Shown: positions 49,735-62,870, counted from the whole stretch's first letter. The stretch: 63,732 nt of DNA, filler included, from Octopus bimaculoides (GCF_001194135.2; 5 parts of 4 records of this genome joined end to end with filler, not necessarily neighbours in it), one strand, 5' to 3'. Program-made: numbers and translations. The notes: generated by a model not told the origin, from the letters alone.

Positions 49735-50125
49735 CGCTCGGATGGTGCTCTTAGCACTCCACTAGCATGGATGCCAGTCATCAAATTTGATTTCGATTTC
49801 ACTTGACTCAAAAGGTCTTCGCAAGCAGAGTTTAGTGTCCATTGAAGGAAAGGTATGCATAAGTGGGCTGGTTACACCCCTGGCATAGGCCACGGGTTAT
49901 GGAGTCACTTGGCTTGCCGGGTCTTCTCAAGCACAGCATATTTCCAAAGGTCTGGGTCACTAATCATTGCCTCAGTGAGGCCTAATGTTCGAAGGTCGTG
50001 CTTCACCACCTCATCCCAGGTCTTCCTGGGTCTACCACTTCCACAGGTTCCCTCAACCGCTAGGGTGTAGCACTTTCTCACACAGCTATCTTCATCCATT
50101 CTCGTCACATGACCATACCAGCGCA
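49735..50125 (-). mobile_element. 5'-truncated RTE LINE 3' end
   Basis: RWYGHVTRMDEDSCVRKC..GRPRKTWDEVVKHDLRTLGL..EKTRQAK*, followed by a UTR shared with family C. Confidence 0.9.
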
Positions 50126-50620
50126 TAAGAAATGTGTTGGTAGATAGCTGATGGGATATATGTGGTACTGAAAGAAGGGCAATAACTCCTGAAATATGCA
50201 TATACCCCACTTACGTATTTTTCTATCTTTAATCACATTATTTACATCAACATATTCATATATAAAACATTGTAACTTACAGTGCTGTCTCTGAATTCTA
50301 TGGAAAAATCTATAGTTTATCACTTTTCACCAAAACTACTTCATTTTAATATATATATATTTTTGTGTTTATCAAATATTCTTACCATTATGGAACAGTA
50401 CACTATATATATAAAAAGAAGGAGGCTGTTAGAATTTTGGATAATTCTTTATTAACGTTTTCATTTGTTGAAGAGTTCAACTGAATGAATGAAAACACTA
50501 ATAAAGAATTACCCCAAATTCTGACTGCCTCTTTCTTCTTAATATACACTATCTGTATCCCACTTCAAAAACACACATACTCTCTCTCTCTCTCTCTGTA
50601 TATATATATATATATATAGC

Positions 50621-50720
50621 NNNNNNNNNNNNNNNNNNNNNNNNNNNNNNNNNNNNNNNNNNNNTTAATTAATTAANNNNNNNNNNNNNNNNNNNNNNNN
50701 NNNNNNNNNNNNNNNNNNNN
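50621..50720. other. Artificial contig spacer
   Basis: 44 N + TTAATTAATTAA + 44 N. Confidence 0.95.
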
Positions 50721-50839
50721 ATATATATATATATATACACACATATAGTTTGTGTGTATGTGTGCGTGTTTCTATGTATGTATGTATGTATGTATGTATG
50801 TGTTTGTTTGTTATTAATACGAGTTACATTAATTCTTAC

Positions 50840-50937
50840 CTGAAAAGGAACGTGTGCAAATACATAACGCATTATATTTAGAATATTTGCTAATTTTATT
50901 ATGCCACTAGTGATATTTGAAGAAAACAATCCGAGAA
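50840..50937 (-). CDS. Orphan candidate exon (xLGLFSSNITSGIIKLANILNIMRYVFAHVPFQ), gene unknown
   Basis: Open frame with strong donor CAG|GTAAGA and a plausible CATAG acceptor only. Confidence 0.25.
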
Positions 50938-51627
50938 CTATGATGGAATAATATCATATAATTATGCCTTTGCTATTCAATCTAACTCTCCTAACTTCGT
51001 TTGATACCCCCCCCCCAAAAAAAAAACATGCTCTAGAAAACCATTCAGCAACCTTGTGATAAAATCTATTGCGTTATATATGATATGTAGGGACCGATTA
51101 GTATAACATTTTATTTCACCAAGATTCTGTTATTTCCACCTCTGACCAATTGAGTTAAATTACGAAATGATGTTACTACTTAATAAATCTGAATTTATTC
51201 GCGTTTCTACGCCTGCGTCATTTGACAGATTCATTTCCTGAGTTCAAACTGTCAAATCAAAGCTTGTCACACTTCACCTGCATTCTTGATTGTCTTTAAT
51301 TTCTAATGCACCACATCAATCTTATCCAATGCAATGTTCCATTGGTAATGTCCGTTAAATATTATATACAAGCAGTTATTTTATATTTGCAATTACCATT
51401 ATGAGACATAGATATGAGGGAGTGGATTTAAAAACTTTCTCTTCCCAGCCGTATGGTTTTTCGTTCGGTTCCGCTGCACGGCTCTACAGACAAGTGCCTT
51501 ATTTGGTAGACTGGTTCTCTATAGAAGCTTGCGGTGTGTCTATGTTTGGATTTACTAGCAGAAATCGACGTCGAACAGTATCTATGATATTGGGACTGTT
51601 TAGTGGACGTTCATTAAAAGCTAAACT

Positions 51628-51945
51628 ACGAGAAGAGGAAGGAGGAGAAGAAGGAAGAATAGGAGGAGAAGAATAGGAGGAGGAGGAGAAGAAGAAGAAG
51701 AAGAAGAAGAAGAAGAAGAAGAAGAAGAAAAAGAAGAAGAAGAAGAAGAAGAAGAAGAAGAAGAAGAAGAATGGGAAGAAGAAGGATGAAAAGAAGAAAT
51801 AGGAGGTGGAGAAGAAGAAGCAGCAGAAGAAGATGAAGATGAAGAATGAGAAAGAGAAGAAGCAGCGGTATTAAGAAAAAATGTTTATGTGAATAAATGT
51901 GGAAAAGAAGAAAAGAAAGAACAAGAACTGTCACAAGAAGAAGGC
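51628..51945 (+). repeat. (GAA)n/(GGA)n purine tract
   Basis: Direct reading. Confidence 0.95.
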
Positions 51946-52129
51946 ATCGAACATCTGTCAGATTTAGTGTGTTTAACGCTGTAATCCTTTGAGGTGGTTA
52001 CTTAGTACTACAGTAATGGGTATGACAATAAAAATTTAACGAGTGTCTTGGTCTCTTCGACAATACCTTTCTTCCGGATAGAAGGCATTGTGAGCAGATT
52101 CATATGTAACTACATATATATATATGTGT

Positions 52130-52168
<39 letters not shown>

Positions 52169-53185
52169 AGAGAGACAGAGTGAGTGAGAGCGAGTGAGAG
52201 AGTGAGAGAGAATCGTTGATCCTTTCCTCAGCTTAGATTATTTGGAAAGTGACATTTCAATTTGGTTACGAAACATTCTAATTGCTTTCTTATTTTCGTT
52301 CTTCACAAGGATTTGATGAGCAATGACCAAACTCATTACTGATTCGAATATTATGTATGTTGAAATCGAAAGGCAAGAACAAGACCCAACATACTGTTTC
52401 TCGCAGTGATTGCCCTAATGTACACTTCACAAACATTCTTTGTTTTTTTTCAAATAATCGTTGCCGAACCATGCAAATATTTATGAGTATCTTCAGATTT
52501 CGGCGGTTTGTGATATAAAATATATGGTCTCATGTATTTTTATTGTCTTGTACTGGTTAATAACTCATCGGCTTGTTTCATGTTGCAATGCATTGCATCT
52601 CTTTCTGTGCTTCGAATCTTAACCTATTGCCTTTCCTGTGCATCAAATGAGATACACGGGACATATTTTTCTGGTTTCCATGCATCATATATGACACATG
52701 TTCTCATTTTTTCCAATCACCAGAATGGGACTTGCCGAAGGAAAGCTTTGCATTTGTTGTGTCGACGGCCCCAAGCGAAGAAGTAGGATCGTCCAAGACA
52801 TATAAATAGAGGTAGTCTAGCCGTGGTAGAGGAGTTGAGTGACTGCTGAGTAGCAGTCGTGTAGCGGTTGAGTAGAGATCATCCGAAGGTGCTAGATAGC
52901 AGTAGCTTGAGACATAACAGTATTATTGAGAACTTATGAAACAAGTGCACATTAAACGCTTGAATACAAGCATCGATATTAAGGACTAACATAAGATTGC
53001 TTTGGACAGGCAAAGGATTGGCTATAGCTGATTATTCAATGTTTCGTGCGACGTGGGGGAAACCGGAATATTATTTCTTGCTGGTCAAACGAATACATTC
53101 GAGTGCAGCTGTTGGTTCAGTGAAAGGAATCTCCTTGAAAAATGAAATTGTGCATTCATTTGGATATTAATCGTACGTGCGTTTA

Positions 53186-53436
53186 CAGAGTGTTCAAAAA
53201 GTCTCTCCGCAGTGAGTATTTTTTTTATTACGAAATAAATATTTATAAGATGGAAAAAACTACAACAGAATATATCAAGCTGTACAAAACTTCAAAACAC
53301 TTTATAAGAGGTGTTGAAAGTGTTGTCCTTCATTTTCACAACATAAATTGACTCTTCTACATATGTTTTGAAAAACATCTTGAAGGAAAAAAATAAAATA
53401 AAAAATCTACTGCGGAGAGACTTTTTGAACACCCTG
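53186..53436. mobile_element. Tc1/mariner MITE
   Basis: ~28-bp TIR CAG(A/G)GTGTTCAAAAAGTCTCTCCGCAGT with TA flanks. Confidence 0.9.
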
Positions 53437-53918
53437 TATAATTCAACAGCATTGTTCCCTGATTGAATACTGGGGTTTTGCAATAGCATTTACAATATAA
53501 TTTGCAATAAAACCTATTGATTGCTTTACAGGTAATCTGTGTTTTCCGTAATACCTATACTTGAAGTAAGATTTGAAATTTGTTAAACCAGAATATAAAG
53601 ACAGTATCGCGAGTGAGTAATATCAACTATCTTAATCATGTTACAGTTAGATATCTCTTATTAACGGTATTTTACAGCATTCAATTAGAAATGATCATGA
53701 ATATTTAAACGTTCGATATTTCGAGGTTAATGATATGTCAAAATATTCTTCGCAGAATTATATATTATAATTGATATGTCATAAAGATAGGCATTTACGT
53801 TGTAGCCCTCAGCTAGAAGCATGAATCTTGCATAAATTTCTTGTATTAATTTTATAACTTCAGAGGAGATGTATATGACTAAACTCATTAATCTGTGAAA
53901 ATTATTGTTTTTATATAA

Positions 53919-53949
<31 letters not shown>

Positions 53950-53968
53950 GAAAATTAATTTTGTTGTT

Positions 53969-54032
<64 letters not shown>

Positions 54033-56103
54033 CAACAATAATTTTTCACACACACACATCACCACACCTCTTCTACTTTGCAAAATAAAAAATTAATAAT
54101 ATTCTTTCTTACATTGTGATCTGTACAAAATTGATAAAAATTGTGTCAGTTTCCAAAATAATTTGAAGTTAGAACTTAGGCTATAAAGGTATTTAGTACA
54201 GCAGAGTGTAGATTATATCTCTTCATAACCTTAAATATTCTAAATATTAATCTTAATGTTTGGCATTAACTGATGCATTTGGGATAATTATATTGATTCC
54301 AGTACTTGAGTGGTATTTTATTTCATTGATTTCTCCGGGACCTGGATTCATAATTTAAAGTGGCGTAACTAGATATCACAAATTCTTTTGCCTGACACTC
54401 TACCATTCCATATTCTAAATTACAACGCATCAATGAATATGAAAATATTGAACCAAAACTATGCTGCGTATAAATCAAAACGTCATCATGTATCAGACTC
54501 TGAGGTGAAAATTCAAACTACCGTATCGAGTTTGTGTCACTGTGCCGCCTGAATAGGCAAAAGGGATCTCAGGCCGTGTTCAACGGTGAGTTGAACGGTC
54601 AGTTGTTCGATCAACTGCACAGAACCAAATGTTAGACCAAAAGAAATGGTAAGGATAAATTCTCATGCTCGTAAAATTATAGTAAAATTATAGAATTCTC
54701 AACTGGCTAGTTAATATACTAGCAAGACTAGATAAAGTCTAAACAACAACAATACACCAAACGATTAAACAAAACAATATTCATATACTTAGTAAGATTA
54801 CATTGCAGTAAGGAGTCTTGTCCAAGTGAAAATAAGTATTATCAAATATCTACTACAGAACTGCAAAAATATTTAACAATATATAATACAATCTAACGCA
54901 AATTAGTACGAAACGCAAACGAAACAGAAAAAAAACTGTTCTCTGACATCGAGGACGACAACGAAAATAAAATACAAAAGAGGTTGAAATAACAGAGAGG
55001 CAACAAGAGAAATAGTGAAAAAGATACAAATGGGATTTATAACGTGAAATTAAAGCAAAGGTATGAAAAGCTCCCGCATGGCCAATATATGGAGATAGTT
55101 TAATGTGTTCTTTCCATATTTAAGATAACATAATGTAATTTGAGAAAGAAGATGAACGACCACATAGAAGCTCTCTCGTTGGCTTGTTTTAATTGTCATA
55201 GATATCAGAGAAATTTGATTATCAACGGAAGTTCATTTAATTTCTTATAGTTATTTAATTTCTTAACCGAAATCGTTAATCTCAATCTCGTTACGTACAT
55301 AGTATGATGTCGTCTGTGCCAACCACACTATTCTTGGAAGTAGAGAAACGGTGGTGTTTCCTGGTATTACGTATCCGGCTTAGATTAGAAACTATAAATT
55401 TCGCATTACGTGCACATTTTTATCGAGTATTCGTTATCCAACAAAAATTTTAATTGAATGCAAAATTCATATTTTACATTATCTGTAACAAGCGAAATTG
55501 TCACATATTGTTATACTGACAAATGCTCAAGCAATTGATACAAAATATTGCAGAATTATGAAGAGAAAGAAAAAATTTAATCGGTATATAATTATCATAA
55601 ATGCTTTATATTTATTACTTATACGTATTCATAAAACAAACACGAAAAAAAAAAGGAAAAAAAAAACATGTGAACGACTACACTTTTAGATTTCGTCGAA
55701 TATATTCAAAGAATCAGTCACGCAAAAGTTTATGCTGAAATTTATATGGCAATGGTTTTTTTTTTCTTTTAAATATATTAGTAATCATTGTTCTTAATTA
55801 CAATAGAGAAGTCATTATAAATTGCTATGTCTCCCAGTGTTGAGCATTTATCGACTGAAAAGCAAATTAGGATATCAGCCGTTGATCTGTTTAGAAAAAC
55901 AAATTATGACAAACATATACATTGATACATTGATACAAATATACATACATGTATACATGCATACATACATACATACATACAAACAGACAGACAGGCAGGC
56001 ATATTTGTGTATACGTAAGTATGAAGGAACGTATATGCATTTGTATGTATACTGTATGTATACGCGCGTATGTGTGAAAATATATATATATATATATATA
56101 TAT

Positions 56104-56203
56104 NNNNNNNNNNNNNNNNNNNNNNNNNNNNNNNNNNNNNNNNNNNNTTAATTAATTAANNNNNNNNNNNNNNNNNNNNNNNNNNNNNNNNNNNNNNNNN
56201 NNN
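56104..56203. other. Artificial contig spacer
   Basis: 44 N + TTAATTAATTAA + 44 N. Confidence 0.95.
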
Positions 56204-56204
56204 C

Positions 56205-56469
56205 TGTTATATGGACTGTTAGATATGTTATTCGTCTGACGTTCCGTGTGTCATGTGGTTCGTCTGAGTTCATTGTTTCATTGTTGTTGTCTTGTGGGAC
56301 TGTCGTAGTAAAATGTCATTGATATATATATGGCGGACATGACTTTTGTTTATTCATAACGAACATTGGGTGAGTGCGTTCTTTGTATGTAATTGAACAA
56401 TAAATGTAATAATTAAATTGTATAACTCGTTATGTTATCTCTGCGAGTCAGTCCGAGGGAAACATAACA
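56205..56469 (+). mobile_element. LTR (solo, or the 3' LTR of a lost element)
   Basis: TGTTAT...ATAACA termini, TATA-like run near 56322, AATAAA near 56399. Confidence 0.65.
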
Positions 56470-57230
56470 ACTGCCATGATGACTCTGGTAGGTCTCGATG
56501 CTGTAACATCTCGGGTCTCACAAAAGTCTGCTCCAAGGCTGAACCAATCACAAGGCAACACTCCTGGCCATCAATTCTGTGCTGTTAATTACAGTCCTTT
56601 TACATCTCAGGGTTGGAGCTTCTTTGGAATATTTGGCTGGCAGTTGCCCCTTAACACCAGCACCTTCTAGTTTTCCGACTCTCCCTTGTCTTTCATTATC
56701 TTCTTACTATCCTTCTTTTGTGTGGGGCAGTGAAAACTGAGATGTCCCTTTTCACCACATATCCAGCACTCTCTCCTAAGTGTGAACTTTTTACTACTGT
56801 CCTGCTTTTACTCTCTCTTCAGGCTGTAGCAATCTTGTATCTTGTGTCCTGGCTTCCCATAGTGCCAACAATTTATTTCAACCATCTTTTGTTCTTTTTT
56901 CTTCAAACAGCTTTCTCTGATCTTCTTGCAGTACCAGCAACTTAAATCTTCCTGCTTCACGTACTTGCCCCTTCCTTGCTTTGAATCTGGAACTGTAGTC
57001 CACCTGGAATCTTCCTGTGCTAGACCTTACATATGACTCAAGTTCCAGAGCTCTAGCCAATACCTCTTGTATAATATTTGGCTATGGTTGTTTCACTTCA
57101 ACTCTGCACTGCCCAACTGTTCTCTCAGAAGAAGAACCGAAAGTCCCTGGGCAAGCTGTTGTAGTGATTCTCCTCTAGTGCTTACACAAGTCTGAAATTG
57201 TACTTTGTTCACTTCACTCAGACACATAGT
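56470..57230 (-). mobile_element. Gypsy-like gag(-protease) remnant
   Basis: LARALELESY motif and CCHC knuckle CWICGEKGHLSFHC at 56768-56727. Confidence 0.75.
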
Positions 57231-57254
57231 GATATATCTTCTCTCTAAAAGTGG

Positions 57255-58190
57255 GTATAATTGAAGTATAGTTTGGTTTTGAAATACCTGAGATATTTTG
57301 AGTAAAAATCAATTTTAGGTGTTACCAATTTTTTGACAACTTAAAGCTGCATAAGTCTACACCAAAAAAATTCTACTCATTGAGTTCTTTTAAATAATCA
57401 TAATTAAAGAATAGTTTTCCTGCTAAATAACTGAGAAATTACAAGTTAAAGTAAATATTAGGCTTTACTCTCCCATGTTTGGCTCTACATTTTTATCATA
57501 ACATTTTTTCTATTGAACCAAATTTCGATTATTTTATGTCAAAATGTAGCTTACCTCTAGCCCATCAAAGTGCAAAAAAACCTAATTAAGATTGAGCTAA
57601 AACTGAATTAGTGGTAAAGCGTTAAATTGGTTGTGAGTGAGTAAAAGTTGGAAACAACAAATTATCACTTTTTTCATCACTTAAAGCTGGGTAACTTTTT
57701 TCTATCTAATATCTTTTAACAGGGTTTTCACCAGAAGATTCTACTCATCAAGTTCTTTTAAAAAAATATAATGAAAGTATAGTTTGCTTTTGAAATACCT
57801 GAGATATTTTCAGTCAAGATCAGTTTTAGGTCTTACCGATTTTTGGCTACTTAAAGCTGCATAACTTTTTTCTATCTCATGTCTTTTAGCGAGGTCTTCA
57901 CAAAAAGATTCTACTTATTGAGTTCTTTTAAAAGATTATAATTAAGGTCTAGTTTTTCTTTTAAATAACTGAGAAATTACAAGTCAAAGTAACTATCAGG
58001 TGTAACTCTCCCATTTTGAGCCCTACATTTTTTTATCATAACTTTTTTTTTCTGCTGAACCAAATTTCAATTGTTTTATGTCAAAATTAGCTTACCACTA
58101 GTTCATTATAGAGCAAAATACTGAATTAAGATTAACCTAAAACTGAATTAGTGGTAAAGCATCAAATTGGCCGCAAGTGATTATAAGTTG
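57255..58190. repeat. Diverged tandem duplication, period ~510-540 bp
   Basis: AGTATAGTTTG..TTTGAAATACCTGAGATATTTT and AACTGAATTAGTGGTAAAGC each occur twice. Confidence 0.85.
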
Positions 58191-58229
58191 ATCTTAATAT
58201 TATTCACATACTGCCATGTGTGAATAATG

Positions 58230-60330
58230 TATAATATATTCATCATCCAGTGTTTTAAATCCAGGGTTTGTCCCCTCTTAACATCAAGATCTACCTTGAT
58301 GTCATAGCAACTGCCCTCACACCATCTCGTCAGGTTTTGGGTGTCCTCCTTTTTCAAACCAACCCTCCCAATCTCCTCCTCTACCTTTTCCTTGGTCTAC
58401 CTCGCTTTTGTGCTCCATTTACCTCAAACAAAATCACCCTCCTCAGAACATGCTCTTCATCCCTCCTCAACACATGCCCATACCACCTCACTCCATTCGC
58501 CCTTGCCAACCATTCTACTGATTCCTTTAACCCTAGCATTTCCATCAAATCCTCAGTCCTCTTCTTATCAAACAGCTTCACCCCACACATTTCTCTCACC
58601 ATTGCTCTCTCAATCCTTCTCAAAATTACCATCTCTCTCTCTCCCTCAGACACCATGTCTCATTCCCATACAACATTGCAGCAGCTCTCACACAACTCTT
58701 ATAGACCCTTCCTGAACTTCACCCAGTCAAGTCTTGCTCTTGCTGTTACAGCCACTTCACATCTACCACTTACATCCACTCTATCTCCCAAATAACAAAA
58801 CCCTCTCACTATTTCCACCTCATCACATAGTGTTTCCACTGGTTCCACCAGTGCTCGAGCTCCTTTCTTACATCTTCCAGAAACTCTCTCACCAGTCTTG
58901 GGGTCACCTTCTTCATTTTTGTATATTTACCATGAATCCATTTCTCACATCTCGTACACAACACTGTATTTGCCATTACCCTCCTTCCATATACACCGCG
59001 TGGATCCACCTTACACACTAACACTTCTTCCATTCTCTCACTATCACCTTTGTCTTCCCAAGGTTTACCTTCAAACCCTTACTTTCAAACACCTCCTTCC
59101 ATTTCCAAAACTTCTCCCTCAATCCCTCCATCATCTCACTCATTAGAACAAGGTCACCCACATACAGTATCTCCATTATCAATCCCTTTCTTGCATTCTC
59201 CATCTCCACATCAACCACTATTGCAAACAACAATGGTGACAACACAGATCCTTGATGCACACCAACTTCCACTACAAACTCCAATTCTAACTCTTGTCTT
59301 GTTTACATATTTCTCTCCTATGACATCACGATTTTCTCTCACACACTGTCTTGCAACACAAAACACTTCATGTCTTTGGTCCTCACGATGCAGAACATTG
59401 GCAAATTTTTTCTTATTTGCTTCTCCTCTGGCTAAGTAAACATGTCTCCTAGCTTCCCTTCTGGTGATATGATACAGTTCCCTGCTATCACCATTCTTCC
59501 AGTCCTTCCATGCCTGTTTCTTTTCCCTGATGGCCTTGTCAACTACATTGTTCCACCACCACATTACCTTAGGTTGAGAGGAGACTTTGCACCATCCACA
59601 GATCTGGTCATTAGCCCTCAACAGGTTGTGACATAGGAACCTCCAGTTGTCTTCCACATTATGTGATGCTATATCCTCCTCTTTTTTGTCAAAAGCTTTG
59701 AGTAATACGTCTCTAAATCTCTGTCCATTCAGAGGATCCTTAAGCTCCCAGACCCTTCTTTTCCATGCTGGTCATCTTCTGGGCATCCATTTAGCCCTGA
59801 TCCTCAAGTCACTAACTACTAACCTATGTTGTGGGGTGCATTCTTCACCTGAGAAGGTTTTGGCATTTATAAGTAGCCATCTCTTTCCCATTTCCTGGTG
59901 AGAATGTAGTCAATCTGACTAATGTGTCCACCAGACTGGTCAGTGAACAGGTGACTGGTAGGTTTCCTGAAGTTAGTATTACAGACCATAAGATCATTTG
60001 CATCACAGAACTCCAGCAGTCTGGTTCCCTCCGCATTGTGGGAACCAAATATATAGCCATCACGTACACCATGGAAGCACTCTGCTTGTTGTCCGACATG
60101 CCCATTGAAGTCACCATCCACAAAGAGAAGGTCTCTGTCATTCATTGATGAGGTAGTCTGCAAGAGGATGTCATAAAATCGGTCTTTCTGTTTATCAGAT
60201 AGCCCTGGCTGATTGGCATAAGCCGACATAATGGTTGTTAATCCATGTTGTATCACTAATCTAAGCTTAAGTATTCTATCACAGACTTGGATTGAACCTA
60301 GGGATCTTAAGTTTTCTCTAACATACGGCA
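58230..60330 (-). mobile_element. RTE-clade LINE with an internal deletion (APE, partial RT, C-terminus)
   Basis: TIMSAYA..DGDFNGHVG..QIDYILTR; VGVHQGSVLSPLLF..ILYVGDLVL; VRWYGHVLRR..KRGRPRK; the N-terminal RT motifs are missing near 59290. Confidence 0.9.
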
Positions 60331-61009
60331 TGGAAGATGAAATTGTGGGTATATAGATAGATAATGAAATAATAAAGTAATTATAATTTGCACTGTAAAA
60401 GAGGTTCTTAGATGTGTGCTAGGTTGGAAACAAAAGTTGCTTATCTGAACATCTTCTTTGACTTCTACTTCGTGTGGCAAGATATTAGATTATGAGGTAG
60501 GGGAATCTGAATAGAGCTCATTTATATAGGGTGGGATGGGGTGGGGAGTGGAGGTAATGTCATTGTATTGGGAGAAGCAAGTGGTTAATGGAACTGAGTG
60601 AGAGAGAGAGAGACTAGATTTGGCTGACTGGAGACAAAACACGAGATGAAATTTTTGGGATTTAGAGTAACGTAACTGAACAATTGGATTTAATTTGCCA
60701 TCATACAAACCACTAAGTGAATAACACCACAAAACAGCAAACACTCTGGCTGCCGGTATGAAGGAATAACAATAATGAGATAGAATTGGACATTTGCATT
60801 CTTAACTAGGGCTATAACCAACAGTATTCAGTCAGCCAAACTGTGACAAAATTAGATGAATGAATAACTATAATGAACGTGAAAGAGAGGGAGAAGAGAG
60901 AATTAGGAAGAATTGGATTGAACATAGGGATCTTAAGTTTTCTCTTACATACAGCATGGAAGATGAAACTGTGGATACATAGAGAGATATATACATGCGT
61001 CCTTTTATC

Positions 61010-61325
61010 CTTTTTTACTTGTTTCAGTCATTTGATTGTGGCCATGCTGGAGCACCACCTTGAATTGTTTTAGTTAAACAAATCAACCCTAGGACTTATC
61101 AGTTTTTTAAGCCTAGTACATATTTTATCAGTCCTTTTTGCTGAACCACTAAGTAATGGGAATGTAGTAAACACACCAACACCAGTTATCAAGCACTTGA
61201 TGGGGAACAAACACAGGCACAAAGACGAGCCTGGTGTAGCCATCCGGTTGCACCAGTCCTCAGTCAAATCGTCCAACCCATGCTAGCTTGGAAAGCGGAC
61301 GTTAAACAATGATGATGATGATGAT
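61010..61325. mobile_element. SINE family A 3' half (-) fused to a family C 3' end (+)
   Basis: Direct reading; junction near 61226. Confidence 0.75.
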
Positions 61326-61541
61326 GATATATATATAAGGGTAAAGATTTATCAATTTATTAATTTATTAATAAATCAACAATTAATAATTTTTACCAAG
61401 CCCTTCGGTATGTAAGCACCATTATCGGTGGAGAACTTATTTAAAAGTTCCCATACATTTATAAACATAATTAAGGGATCAGCAAGCATTTGCTTCACCA
61501 TATACCGAAGTTCAGAAATAGCAGCTAAAAAAGCTGAGACT

Positions 61542-61641
61542 NNNNNNNNNNNNNNNNNNNNNNNNNNNNNNNNNNNNNNNNNNNNTTAATTAATTAANNN
61601 NNNNNNNNNNNNNNNNNNNNNNNNNNNNNNNNNNNNNNNNN
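61542..61641. other. Artificial contig spacer
   Basis: 44 N + TTAATTAATTAA + 44 N. Confidence 0.95.
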
Positions 61642-62105
61642 TTGTTGTTAAAAATTAAAATTACAATTTTGCTTTTGGTGTAAGTGTAAAATTTGCACTG
61701 TTGCATTTCTACTTTTTTTAAAATATCCTCTGTCTTATATTCTTGTTTCTCTATTATTTCAGAATACCAGAAACAGCGAAGAATTTTTCACATGAGACAT
61801 CACCAATATTGATAATTTTCTTAAAGCCTGTTTATATCAATAACTCTACGGTAGAATTGCTGAGAAATATCTCTTTAGAACTGAGATAAATGTCAACATT
61901 TGTCTTCTTCACTGCTTAGAAAGTTTACAAATTGATTTTGTATTTTGATTGAACTTGGATTGAGAAGGCTGAAGCAGATTGAGGTAATCACGAAAGATTG
62001 CAGGTGAAGGAAATACAGCAGTGATTGTATTTGTTGGGGAATATAATACAAGCTCAAAGAGAAGAAAACTTGTGTGTTATTGTGTTAAGGGAAAACCAAA
62101 ACAAA

Positions 62106-62870
62106 ATGATGGAAAACGAATTAAATGAGAAGAAGGTTAAATGTGAAACACCGAGTAAAAAGAGTAACTATTCTGGGGACTTAAAGCATGAGAAAGGAAA
62201 AACATCATATCACTGTGATATCTGTGGTAAACCATTCTCACAAAAAAGTAGCTTGACTACACACTTACGAATCCATACAGGAGAAAAACCTTTTCATTGT
62301 GACGTCTGTGGTAAATCCTTCTCGCAAAATGTCCACTTGAGTAAACATAAATGTTCTCGTAAAGAAGGAAAATCGTTTATCTGTAGTATATGCGATAAAT
62401 CATTCTCTAGAAAGAGCTCATTGACAAGACACATTCGCACTCATACAGGCGAAAAACCCTACCTCTGTGACATCTGTTTTAGATCTTTCTCTGAGAATCA
62501 TACCTTAACCATTCACAAACGCACTCATACCGGAGAGAAACCGTATCACTGTGACATCTGTGATAAATCGTTCTCCGAAACTGGTCATTTGTCTAGGCAT
62601 AAACGCATACACACCGGATACAAGCCACATAACTGCGATATCTGTGATAAGTCATTCTCTGAAAACGGGGACTTAATTAGACATAAACGCATTCATACTG
62701 GAGAGAAACCGTATACATGTGACATTTGTAGTAAAGCCTTCTCTCTTGGACATGCCTTAACCGCTCACAAACGCATTCATGCAGAGAAACCATTTCACTG
62801 CGATATCTGTGGTAAATCATTCTCTCAAAAACCAGACTTTGCTAAACATGTTGTTATTCATACGGGATAA
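62106..62870 (+). CDS. Tandem C2H2 zinc-finger protein, 8 fingers (finger 2 atypical)
   Basis: CxxC-x12-HxxxH repeats with TGEKP linkers; ATG at 62106 within ORF 62025..62870; upstream acceptor TTATTTCAG near 61760. Confidence 0.93.
   Translation: MMENELNEKKVKCETPSKKSNYSGDLKHEKGKTSYHCDICGKPFSQKSSLTTHLRIHTGEKPFHCDVCGKSFSQNVHLSKHKCSRKEGKSFICSICDKSFSRKSSLTRHIRTHTGEKPYLCDICFRSFSENHTLTIHKRTHTGEKPYHCDICDKSFSETGHLSRHKRIHTGYKPHNCDICDKSFSENGDLIRHKRIHTGEKPYTCDICSKAFSLGHALTAHKRIHAEKPFHCDICGKSFSQKPDFAKHVVIHTG

Noticed and set aside
50170-50480. Cluster of minus-strand splice-like signals as upstream NUP160 exons
   Set aside because: The 95-nt candidate has stops in all three frames and none encodes the expected LPxWL..YK motif.
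51626-51934. Poly-Leu membrane-like ORF
   Set aside because: Antisense translation of the (GAA)n tract.
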